64,000 nucleotides of DNA, from contig JAWLDA010000016.1 of NCBI GenBank assembly GCA_041686855.1, positions 22,527 to 86,526 of the forward strand, in the 5' to 3' direction. A program made the translations under genes and the position numbers. A model generated the notes under the pieces. It had not been told where the DNA came from. It was given only the letters and a program-made list of their open reading frames with translations, and did not search any database. This document shows, in pieces, positions 48,606 through 58,244 of the stretch (position 1 is its first letter; each line of letters opens with the position of its first letter). This DNA is from Limnochordia bacterium. GTDB taxonomy: Bacteria; Bacillota; Limnochordia; DTU080; RSA5.

Positions 48606-49346
48606 TTACGTTGAGCCGACGAGGACGGCTGCGATGGCCACCAACGCGTTAACGGCCGCGTGGGCAACGATGGGAATCGCCAGTGAGCCTGTGCGCTCGT
48701 AAATGAGCGTCAAAAGGATTCCCAGAGCAAACACCGGCAAGAAGTTGATGACGTATAAGTGTACTCCAGCAAAAAGCAGCGCGCTCAACCACACCGCGTG
48801 CCCTTTGACGTAATGCTTTAATACGGGGTAAGCATAGCCGCGAAAGAAACTCTCTTCGACGATCGGAGCGAGTCCGACGGCCAAAAAGACGACAGCGCCA
48901 AGGTAAAGGGGGTGCGCGTCGGGGTTCAAGAGTGTACCCACCGCGGACTGCTCTCGACTGAGCAAGCCGGCCGTCGCCTCTGCGCCTACAGCGTTGCCCA
49001 ACACCCACAGGGAGAACTGCGCCAGCAGACCGTTAAGGAACAATAGCCCCATCCCCCACCACAAGCCGGCGCCCAATTGTTGAATGCTCTCGATAAACGG
49101 CCTTAGAGCGCCCCACGACGATCCGGCCCGCTTGAGCCGCCAAATGGTAAGCCCCAGGAGTACACTCTGCTGAACCAGAAGACCAGCGCTCATAAACGCA
49201 GGATGCTCTGCTAGAGCAGGTGCGGCCTGCGCCAACCCCCTAAAAAGGATTGGGGTCGCCACCATGGCGACCACCAATACGCCCAAGAGCACATCCAGTC
49301 GTTCCTGTAACGGCGCAACTTCGTACGTCGGTTGGGACACCTTCAC
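48606..49346 (-). CDS. CPBP-family intramembrane glutamic endopeptidase (CAAX protease-like)
   Basis: Multi-TM protein with EESFFRGY and a later ..AHAAVN motif. Confidence 0.8.
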   Translation of the reverse strand: MKVSQPTYEVAPLQERLDVLLGVLVVAMVATPILFRGLAQAAPALAEHPAFMSAGLLVQQSVLLGLTIWRLKRAGSSWGALRPFIESIQQLGAGLWWGMGLLFLNGLLAQFSLWVLGNAVGAEATAGLLSREQSAVGTLLNPDAHPLYLGAVVFLAVGLAPIVEESFFRGYAYPVLKHYVKGHAVWLSALLFAGVHLYVINFLPVFALGILLTLIYERTGSLAIPIVAHAAVNALVAIAAVLVGST

Positions 49347-49376
49347 GTTCTCCTACACACGGTGCGCACGCAACGA

Positions 49377-50858
<1,482 letters not shown>

Positions 50859-50907
50859 TCATACCGCCGAATGCAGGGCATTAGATCCGAGTCTCGATGT
50901 TCTCGCA

Positions 50908-50936
50908 ATCATACCAAATGGGACATGCTCAGTCAA
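50908..50936 (-). promoter_or_regulatory. sigma-A-type promoter for guaB
   Basis: On the minus strand: TTGACT, 17 nt, TATGAT. It lies about 65 nt upstream of the GTG start. Confidence 0.55.
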
Positions 50937-51106
50937 CCGGCTCCCAACTGCGCGCCCGCTCCCCCAGGGACTTCACGCAATAGGGAAAATGTGGTACACT
51001 GTCCACGGGATACGGAGCACCCTCGCGGGACGGAATTTGTCCCCGAAGTGGTGCGGGGGACGTTTTGGTGGGGGCAATCACACCTTTATAAGAAAGGGCG
51101 ATACTG

Positions 51107-51250
51107 ATGTTCTGCCCACTTAAGAAAAGGAACATTAACCCAAGCCGTTGCCTACTCTGCGAACATTTCGGCGGTCTCAAAAACCAGGGCGTCCTTTGTT
51201 ACAAGGCGAATCGCTGGATCCCCTATGAAATCGTACGCCGCAACTTATAA
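51107..51250 (+). CDS. candidate 47-aa Cys-rich small protein (below the ORF-track length cutoff)
   Basis: ATG is preceded by AAGAAAGGG with an 8-nt spacing. Translation is MFCPLKKRNINPSRCLLCEHFGGLKNQGVLCYKANRWIPYEIVRRNL, ending at TAA. It has four Cys and mostly C/G third positions. A possible TTCACG-17-TACACT (TGn) promoter lies at about 50975..51003. Confidence 0.35.
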   Translation: MFCPLKKRNINPSRCLLCEHFGGLKNQGVLCYKANRWIPYEIVRRNL

Positions 51251-51378
51251 TCGCCCCAAAGAGGCGAAGCGCGCCGGAGGTATGTTGGTGATTTCCCTCG
51301 ACATAAGCTTGAGTTAACGTCATACTTAAGAGAGTCGTCGTCTCTGACGCAGCTAAGTCATAGGATGGGGGAAGCTTC

Positions 51379-52107
51379 GTGGAACTGGCGTCCGCAACCC
51401 AGGTGACGTATGGCTTCGCATTCCTCGCCGGCGTGCTCTCGCTCCTCTCGCCTTGCGTTTTGGCCCTCGTGCCGGCGTACATCGCCTACATTTCCGGAGT
51501 CTCCGCTCAGGTGGGAGCCGACACGTCCGCCATCAACACCACCCGAGTGCGCGCCCACGCCCTATTATTCATCCTCGGTTTCACCGTCGTCTTCATCCTT
51601 TTTGGCGCCTCTGCGACTCTGTTAGGGAGACTACTCATCACCAACCAGGTCCTCCTCGGCAAGATCGCCGGAGTCCTCGTAGCAGGGTTCGGGCTTCACA
51701 CCCTTGGTCTGTTACGCATCCCCGGACTCGACCTTCAAAGAGGTTGGACGTACAGCGGCCAGTCCGGCAAGCTTCATCAGTCGTTTCTGATTGGAATGGC
51801 GTTCGCCACTGGGTGGACGCCGTGCGTCGGCCCCATCTTGGGCGGCATCTTGGCTCTCGCGTCAGTGAGTGCCACGTTGTGGCAGGGTATCACCCTCCTC
51901 CTATCCTACGCGGTCGGGATGGGCCTGCCCTTCCTCCTCATCGCCGTCACGCTGGGACGATCCGAGAGGATCCTGACAGTCATTAAGCGACGTCACCGTG
52001 TGATCGAAGTCGCCGGCGGCCTCTTGCTGATCGTCATCGGCGTCCTTCTTTACACCGATTCATTTTCACTCCTGGCCCGTTATTTCAATTTCCTCATCCT
52101 GCTCTAA
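51379..52107 (+). CDS. ccdA: cytochrome c biogenesis / thiol-disulfide transporter CcdA (DsbD family)
   Basis: LLSPCVLALVPAYIAYISG and a second TPCVGPILG motif; 6 TMs. Confidence 0.9.
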   Translation: MELASATQVTYGFAFLAGVLSLLSPCVLALVPAYIAYISGVSAQVGADTSAINTTRVRAHALLFILGFTVVFILFGASATLLGRLLITNQVLLGKIAGVLVAGFGLHTLGLLRIPGLDLQRGWTYSGQSGKLHQSFLIGMAFATGWTPCVGPILGGILALASVSATLWQGITLLLSYAVGMGLPFLLIAVTLGRSERILTVIKRRHRVIEVAGGLLLIVIGVLLYTDSFSLLARYFNFLILL

Positions 52108-52153
52108 CGGCAAAGTTTTAGACACCGTACGCTACCATGAGGACCCAAGCGCG

Positions 52154-54034
52154 CTATCTGCCAACCGGCTGTGTGCGCCCAAAGGCAGAGAGTATTCGAA
52201 GCGCCTCTTTCACCTCATCGACCTCCCCGGCAATCGTGAGTACGTCGCCTATCTTGAGATTGGTATCCCCACGAGGAATGATGTGCTCCCGTCCACGATG
52301 CACCGACAGAATGAGCGCGCCTTGGGGAAGCTGAATTTCGCGTACCGTCACACGGGTAAGTTCCTCGTTGTCTACCAAAAAGCGCTCAAGCGCAATATCC
52401 TCGTCCTCATGAGTAAGTAGCGCGAATAGATCGGGGTGGCGGGCTATATTCTCCATGACCAAGATCGTGGCCAAAGAGGGAGAGACGGTACGAGCGCCGA
52501 GGCGATTCATCGCCTCGGAGGCACCGGGATCCACAGCGTGAGCCACGAGGTTTTTCACGCCACCTGCATCACTGAGCGCTTGGACAACCGCCAAGTTCAC
52601 CTCATCGCTCTGCGTCGCTACGACAACTGTGGACTCCTCATCGACCAAATCAATGCGGTGCCACTCGTCAACATTTGTCGCGTCGGCGCGGACCGCCTCG
52701 AAGCCCCGACTTCGGACGCTTTCAATGCGGTCGGGGTCCTTATCGACAAGGACCATGCGCTCCCCCATATCCGCCAGGCGCGTGGCGAGAAGCACTCCTC
52801 GCTCGTTGGCGCCCACCACGACTAATCTCTCGTTATCCTCCTTAACCGGAGTGCGCGGCACTAACTTCTCAAAGAGAATAGGTGAAATGGCGGCCGTTAA
52901 GATCGCGAGGAGGATCATCGCCGAGTGGGTTGCGGACGATAAAAGTTCAAGGCGGAATCCGATCTCCGCGGCGGCGACGGTGAGGCTGAGCCCTGGAGTA
53001 ACGAGTATGCCGATCCCCAAGGCCTCTCGGACTCCAAAACGCCGCGCAAAGAACACGGCCGGCAGCCCCTTGACGAAATACGCTACGACCACAATCGAGA
53101 AGGCTAAAAGTAAGGACTGAGGCGATGCGAGGAGAGCGGCCACATCAAACTCGGCGCCTACCATAATAAAGAAAATGGGCACCAGAAACCCAAAGCCGAT
53201 AGCATCCAACTTGAGGTGTAGCGAGGTCTCATCCGTCTCCGAGATGAGTGAGACGATCGCGCCCGCCAAGAATGCGCCGAGGATGAATTCGACCCCGAGG
53301 CGTTGCGAGAGGTACGCGAAGATAAAGATGAGCATAAATGCGCCGCGGACACCAATTTGCGAGGTTGCATGCGCAAGCTCCCGGGCAAACGCCTGCTCAC
53401 GAAGTTTTGACCCCACCAAATACGTGACAAAGCCGCCGCCAAACAAGAGAACGATCAGTGCAAGTCTACCCGGATCCTCACCGGAGACCAACGTGACGAG
53501 CACTGTGAGCAAGAGCATTGTGGCGAAATCCATCAGCACGGCGGTGACCAGAATGGTTTGGCCCAACTCCGTCGGTCCCATGGCCCGCTCTTTTAAGGTG
53601 GGAAGCACGACCCCCACCGAGACCGTCGTCAAAATAATGGCAACCAACCACGGATTGTGTACCAAGCCCATGCTTGTAAAGGCAAATCCGGCCACCACCG
53701 CCGCGACGAGCACACCTACAAAGTAAAGGGTGGTCAGAGAGAACACCTGTCGTCCGCTGGTACTGGCCGACATCCGTCGGAGGACCCGGAAATCGATCTC
53801 AACGCCCGATAAGAACATGAGATATGTGATACCGAGTGTGGAAAGGAAGACGAGCCAATCCTCAGATTGTACGATATCAAATCCGCTGCGTCCTATGATG
53901 ATCCCGACAATGAGTTCCCCTACCACCACCGGGATCCTCACCCAGCGAATCTTGTTCACGATAATGGGAATTAGAAAAGCTGCGGTCGCGATGATGACGA
54001 GTGCTGTAAACGATGTTTGTCCGTGACCGTCCAT
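52154..54034 (-). CDS. CPA2-type cation:proton antiporter fused to RCK (TrkA-N/TrkA-C) domains
   Basis: About 390 aa of Na+/H+-exchanger-type TMs, then a Rossmann-like LVVVGANERGVLLATRL segment and a C-terminal TrkA-C-like domain. Confidence 0.85.
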   Translation of the reverse strand: MDGHGQTSFTALVIIATAAFLIPIIVNKIRWVRIPVVVGELIVGIIIGRSGFDIVQSEDWLVFLSTLGITYLMFLSGVEIDFRVLRRMSASTSGRQVFSLTTLYFVGVLVAAVVAGFAFTSMGLVHNPWLVAIILTTVSVGVVLPTLKERAMGPTELGQTILVTAVLMDFATMLLLTVLVTLVSGEDPGRLALIVLLFGGGFVTYLVGSKLREQAFARELAHATSQIGVRGAFMLIFIFAYLSQRLGVEFILGAFLAGAIVSLISETDETSLHLKLDAIGFGFLVPIFFIMVGAEFDVAALLASPQSLLLAFSIVVVAYFVKGLPAVFFARRFGVREALGIGILVTPGLSLTVAAAEIGFRLELLSSATHSAMILLAILTAAISPILFEKLVPRTPVKEDNERLVVVGANERGVLLATRLADMGERMVLVDKDPDRIESVRSRGFEAVRADATNVDEWHRIDLVDEESTVVVATQSDEVNLAVVQALSDAGGVKNLVAHAVDPGASEAMNRLGARTVSPSLATILVMENIARHPDLFALLTHEDEDIALERFLVDNEELTRVTVREIQLPQGALILSVHRGREHIIPRGDTNLKIGDVLTIAGEVDEVKEALRILSAFGRTQPVGR

Positions 54035-54050
54035 GTCCGTCTCTCCTCAC

Positions 54051-54668
54051 TTAAGAGGGGTGATTCTCCTGGGATCCCCACACCATCCCCCCGGAGAGGA
54101 TTACCTTGAACGCTGCTTCGACAGACATATCGAGCGGAACGAGGTCTTCCTCCGACACAATGATGAGGAATCCTGATGTGGGATTAGGGGAAGTGGGAAC
54201 GAAGACGCTAGCGACATTGGGCGGTAGCGAATCTCGCTTCACACCGTCACCCTTCGATGTGACAAAACCGATCGACCATGCGTCCTTGCGGGGATACTCG
54301 ACGAGTACAGCTCGACTAAAGCCCGCACGACTGTTGACGGAGAATGCATCCAACACCTGCTTCACGCCAACGTACACCGAGCGAACTACCGGAATCCTCG
54401 CCAGAAGAGTCTCTGTGAAATGAATTAAGCGGCGTCCCACAACGTTCGTGGCGATCATGCCGGCGAGGACCGTCAAAAGTACAGTTAGCACCGCCCCGGC
54501 GCCGGTAACGTGGTGTCCAAGGAGTCGCGCCACGACAGAGCCAAGAAAGCGGTCGAGAATTGTAAACCCGCTCGTCAGAATATACACGGTCACGGCCAGG
54601 GGAGCAAGCACTAATACACCGGCCAACAGGTATCGCTTGAAAAGAATGCCGAGTCTGCTTCGGGCCAC
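54051..54668 (-). CDS. DUF502-domain membrane protein
   Basis: LAGVLVLAPLAVTVYIL..LDRFLG and PNPTSGFL motifs. GTG start follows GGAGGTGA. Confidence 0.8.
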   Translation of the reverse strand: MARSRLGILFKRYLLAGVLVLAPLAVTVYILTSGFTILDRFLGSVVARLLGHHVTGAGAVLTVLLTVLAGMIATNVVGRRLIHFTETLLARIPVVRSVYVGVKQVLDAFSVNSRAGFSRAVLVEYPRKDAWSIGFVTSKGDGVKRDSLPPNVASVFVPTSPNPTSGFLIIVSEEDLVPLDMSVEAAFKVILSGGMVWGSQENHPS

Positions 54669-54719
54669 GCTATTTTATCACCTCCAAAAAAGCTCTTTCG
54701 ACCGTAGGACGGCTCACCC

Positions 54720-54748
54720 TCCAAAGGCTGGTAACCCCGTGTTATAAT
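54720..54748 (+). promoter_or_regulatory. possible extended -10 promoter for ytvI-like gene
   Basis: TGTTATAAT (TGn plus a perfect TATAAT) with a weak -35 (TCCAAA) at 17 nt. Confidence 0.3.
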
Positions 54749-54796
54749 GTGTTACAGGATCTAACTTTCGACGCGCCGACCACTATCCTATAGAGG

Positions 54797-55861
54797 ATGC
54801 GTACTCCCATGAAGCTCCAGATTGACGACCGTAAAATTCTCTGGTTGATTCTGCTGGTCGGCGCCGTCTTTCTGCGCCAACCGCTCATCGCGGCTGCGCT
54901 ACCGTTTATCCTCGGTGTATGTTTGGCGGCGCTCATCGATCCGCTCGTTAACCTCTTGGAGGCACGCGTCCGCCTACCTCGCTGGATGGCTACGACTCTC
55001 AGCCTCGCCGCAGTCGTCTTAGCAGGTGGATATTTATGGCTCCTTGTCACAACCAAAGTCTTCTCAGAACTCATCCAGATGGGCGCGCTCCTCCAGCGGT
55101 ACCAGCACATACCCGTCGACTTGGCAACCCGGCTTATCGAGAGCCTCAACCGGTTGAACGAAATCGTCGACCAGCGCCAGCTCCCCTTGAGTGTCCAGGA
55201 GAACATTCTTCAAGCTGTCGACGATATCGCCAATGCCGGCTTTGGCCTCATTACACAGGGGATCAACATCACGCTAAACGCAGCCGGCAAGGTCCCATCG
55301 CTCATCATCGTCCTTGTCATTGCCCTCCTGGCCACGTACTTTATGCTCAAAGATCGCGACGCACTGTCCGATTCAGCCCTGTCCGTCCTGCCGGCCGGCG
55401 TACGAGAGAAAGCGCGTGCCGTCCAGCGACGCATCGTCGCTGACTTGGTCGGCTTTATTAAAGCCCAGCTCATCCTTCTCACGTTAACGACCATCGTCAT
55501 CGGTGTAGGGCTCATCGCCATTGGCATCAATTACTGGATGACCCTGGCCATCATCGCCGGGATCCTTGATATCATTCCCGTCCTCGGCCCGGGGTTTTTG
55601 CTGGTCCCATGGGCCATCGGCGCTTGGTTGCTTGGCCAAACCGCCCTTGCGACCAAACTCCTGTTGATCTTCGCGCTATCATTCCTCATCAGGCAGCTCT
55701 TCCAAGCCAAGATCCTTGGGGACTTTATCGGCGTCCACCCGCTCCCCATGCTCATCGCGCTGTACGCCGGCATTCACTTTTTCGGCATCTATGGCATCGT
55801 GGTCGCGCCCTTCATCGTCATCGTCGCCAAAGCACTTTACATCTCTACGACGCGCTCGTGA
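54797..55861 (+). CDS. AI-2E family transporter (YtvI-like sporulation integral membrane protein)
   Basis: 354 aa with about 8 TMs and typical PerM/AI-2E topology, including ILDIIPVLGPG. Start may be the second ATG at 54809. Confidence 0.75.
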   Translation: MRTPMKLQIDDRKILWLILLVGAVFLRQPLIAAALPFILGVCLAALIDPLVNLLEARVRLPRWMATTLSLAAVVLAGGYLWLLVTTKVFSELIQMGALLQRYQHIPVDLATRLIESLNRLNEIVDQRQLPLSVQENILQAVDDIANAGFGLITQGINITLNAAGKVPSLIIVLVIALLATYFMLKDRDALSDSALSVLPAGVREKARAVQRRIVADLVGFIKAQLILLTLTTIVIGVGLIAIGINYWMTLAIIAGILDIIPVLGPGFLLVPWAIGAWLLGQTALATKLLLIFALSFLIRQLFQAKILGDFIGVHPLPMLIALYAGIHFFGIYGIVVAPFIVIVAKALYISTTRS

Positions 55862-58046
55862 CCCCTGAAAGTCCAAGGAGGTCCGGGATCCCGCCGAACT
55901 TCAGGCGACCATCGACGTACTGAAAGCGAAGTCGAATCGGAGCGCCAAGTTGGAATTCATCTTGCAGCGCAAGGTCGAAGCGCGCATCGGGACCCGCGGT
56001 CGTTCCCGAGACGGCGATGGTGCCAACCACTTCCCCGTCGACGAGCAATGCGGGAATCGACAGGCCGTTCTCGCTAAGCAACGTGGAGAGAGAGGCCCCT
56101 CGCACGTTCACGTTCAAGTCGATGGCCGGATCAGGCTCCATCCACCTGTTGATTGAGCCCGACAATTGGTACTCTCCACCTCCCAAAGCCGTCACCTCGA
56201 GGTCGTCGAGGAGAACCTGCTGGGTGTCCAGCGTGACCGAGCCGTTGGGATTCGCCAGTTGCCACCGCCCGACGCGCACGTCACCGTCGGTCAAGCGCCC
56301 GGTAACGACAGGCGTTTGGACGGTGCCACTCACCATCCCCTCGTAACTCACCCAACCGCCGATCTCCTCGTCACTGAGTCCGTCTTGGGGCATTGCCGCG
56401 AGGTCCAACGGCCACCTCGCCATTGCGACGCGAAATCCCAATTCATCCCCGGTCAGCTCACCTGATACAGTTGCGGTACCCCCTCCAAGCTCGGCGACCG
56501 CATTGCTGAGGGTGAGGCGCGAACGCTCCCATCGGAAGGCTCCTCTGACACCGTCGAGTGGTTGGTTCCAAAGGCTTAGCGCCCGTCCTTCGATTGAGCC
56601 GCTCACGTGCAAATCACCGACGAGGCCTGCGACGAGAAGGTCTCCATCGACCTCACCCTCAACATCAACGCCTTCTTGCCCGAGAGCGGCCAAAATCTCC
56701 TCCGCTCGCCCCTTTTGGCTGGTTAGCTCGATCCGAAGTTGGTCGGCCGGCTCACCCTGTTGCCACTCCCCTTTGAGGCGGTATCGTGATGATCCGCGTT
56801 CCAAAACGGTCTGCCCAAACGTAAAGCGCCCAGTCTCTAGGAGAATCACGCCTTCCCCGCGATCAATGGGCCGATGCCACACGGTACCCGAGGAGACGGT
56901 GAGCCGCCCCGAAAGCTCCAAATCGTGAAGCGGGCCCGCGAGCACACCTGAGAAATCGGTCTTTCCTGAGAGTCCGTATCGGGAGAGAAACGGGATCGCC
57001 GCGGGCAGCTCAAGTCCGCGGGTGTACACGTCGAGCTGTATCACCGGATCCGTGGAGTCTGCATTCGCCATCTCCACTCGCCCGGAGCCGTGAATCACAC
57101 CGGTCTCCTGCGCCACACGCAACTCGTTGATGATGACATCGGAGCCGAGTTCTCCTGAAAGGGTGAGGGTGTCAAACGCGACGGTCTCCTCAGGCGACTT
57201 CCCGCCCCAACGTACATCCCCCGACGAGACCTCAAGGTCAAATGTACCCGTGAGAGAGGGCGAAGTATCCACAACTCCAGAAGCCACAATCGCTCCCGCC
57301 AACTCCCATCCAGTCTGTTCCAGCAGGGCGTTAAAGAGGATGGCCGGCCCCATGGCGCGCCAGCGCCATTGACGCTCTGCCTCTCGACCTTCCAGACTCA
57401 CTTCGATCTGAGTCTGGCGGTCGAGCCCCTTCAGACGAACCTCAGTCAGAGCCAATGACGAAGAGCTCCCTGCGCCCCCCACCGAAAAGGCGCCGTCAAT
57501 CAGCCACGCTCCGGTCGGATCCACCACCCGGCCTTCCACAAGTTCTACAGCCAGTGAGATACGACGAGCCTCTCCGTTCGTTTCCCCCTGTGACGCCGGC
57601 GCGTCCCCATGCCGCTCAACCGTCGCCGAAGCGGGAATCCCCGGACGAATGTCAGTGAGTGGGCGTGCGAGTTCAATCTCCGGAGCCACCCAAGTCATCT
57701 TTCCGGTAGGTGCATCACCGCTATTACCAAGGAGGAGTTTGATCGGATTAACGCTTACGTAAACGGTCGGAGACTTCGCCGTCCGAATCCAATCGGAAGC
57801 CTGTGCGTCGGAGGGTACGTTCACATCGACGTCAGAGAGAAGCAATCGCGTGGGCGCGACAAACTCAACCCGCCCGACCGTCATCTCCCAACCGGTCGTG
57901 CGCGCTAATGTCCCAGCGACGATCTTGCCGACTCGCTCTGGGATCGAGCTTGAATTGAGGCCTACCATACTCACGCCGACCAAAACCAAAATCACCGAGG
58001 CCACGATGACAACTCGCCTGAGTACTTTTGGGGGAAATGGGCGCAC
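55845..58046 (-). CDS. AsmA/TamB-like membrane-anchored beta-rich protein lacking a DUF490-type C-terminus
   Basis: The N-terminal TM and the following segment (VGKIVAGTLARTTGWEMTVGRVEFVAPTRLLLSDVDV) resemble AsmA/TamB N-termini. The body is about 690 aa of Gly/Val/Leu/Ser-rich beta repeats. No barrel-docking end like that of the 1094-aa TamB was seen. Confidence 0.5.
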   Translation of the reverse strand: MRPFPPKVLRRVVIVASVILVLVGVSMVGLNSSSIPERVGKIVAGTLARTTGWEMTVGRVEFVAPTRLLLSDVDVNVPSDAQASDWIRTAKSPTVYVSVNPIKLLLGNSGDAPTGKMTWVAPEIELARPLTDIRPGIPASATVERHGDAPASQGETNGEARRISLAVELVEGRVVDPTGAWLIDGAFSVGGAGSSSSLALTEVRLKGLDRQTQIEVSLEGREAERQWRWRAMGPAILFNALLEQTGWELAGAIVASGVVDTSPSLTGTFDLEVSSGDVRWGGKSPEETVAFDTLTLSGELGSDVIINELRVAQETGVIHGSGRVEMANADSTDPVIQLDVYTRGLELPAAIPFLSRYGLSGKTDFSGVLAGPLHDLELSGRLTVSSGTVWHRPIDRGEGVILLETGRFTFGQTVLERGSSRYRLKGEWQQGEPADQLRIELTSQKGRAEEILAALGQEGVDVEGEVDGDLLVAGLVGDLHVSGSIEGRALSLWNQPLDGVRGAFRWERSRLTLSNAVAELGGGTATVSGELTGDELGFRVAMARWPLDLAAMPQDGLSDEEIGGWVSYEGMVSGTVQTPVVTGRLTDGDVRVGRWQLANPNGSVTLDTQQVLLDDLEVTALGGGEYQLSGSINRWMEPDPAIDLNVNVRGASLSTLLSENGLSIPALLVDGEVVGTIAVSGTTAGPDARFDLALQDEFQLGAPIRLRFQYVDGRLKFGGIPDLLGLSGVTSAS

Positions 58047-58244
58047 ATTGCATCCCTCCGAATTGCGTCCTCGTATGAGACTTCCTAATCATTCTGTTTA
58101 CCAGTGCGGGGAGGCAACCCTCTTGGGAATGTGCTGCGAAGATGGAAGGACTAGAGCCCGTAGGCTGGAAATGGGTGCTTAGTCGGCCTACGCGAAACGA
58201 AGCGGTCAGAGATGGAGGTTTTATCGGTGTGTCGCGAACCTGGT

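Noticed and set aside
50929-51482. Minus-strand ORFs 50929..51180, 51177..51482 and 51358..51558 in the guaB-ccdA gap
   Set aside because: They have no RBS. They overlap the guaB promoter or the ccdA start, and their translations are low-complexity. The plus-strand 47-aa sORF is the better, though still tentative, candidate.
54669-54796. ydaO-type c-di-AMP riboswitch upstream of the DUF502 / K+-antiporter operon
   Set aside because: The spacer is too short (128 nt, shared with the divergent ytvI promoter), and I could not find the conserved pseudo-two-fold ACGGGGA/CCCA elements.
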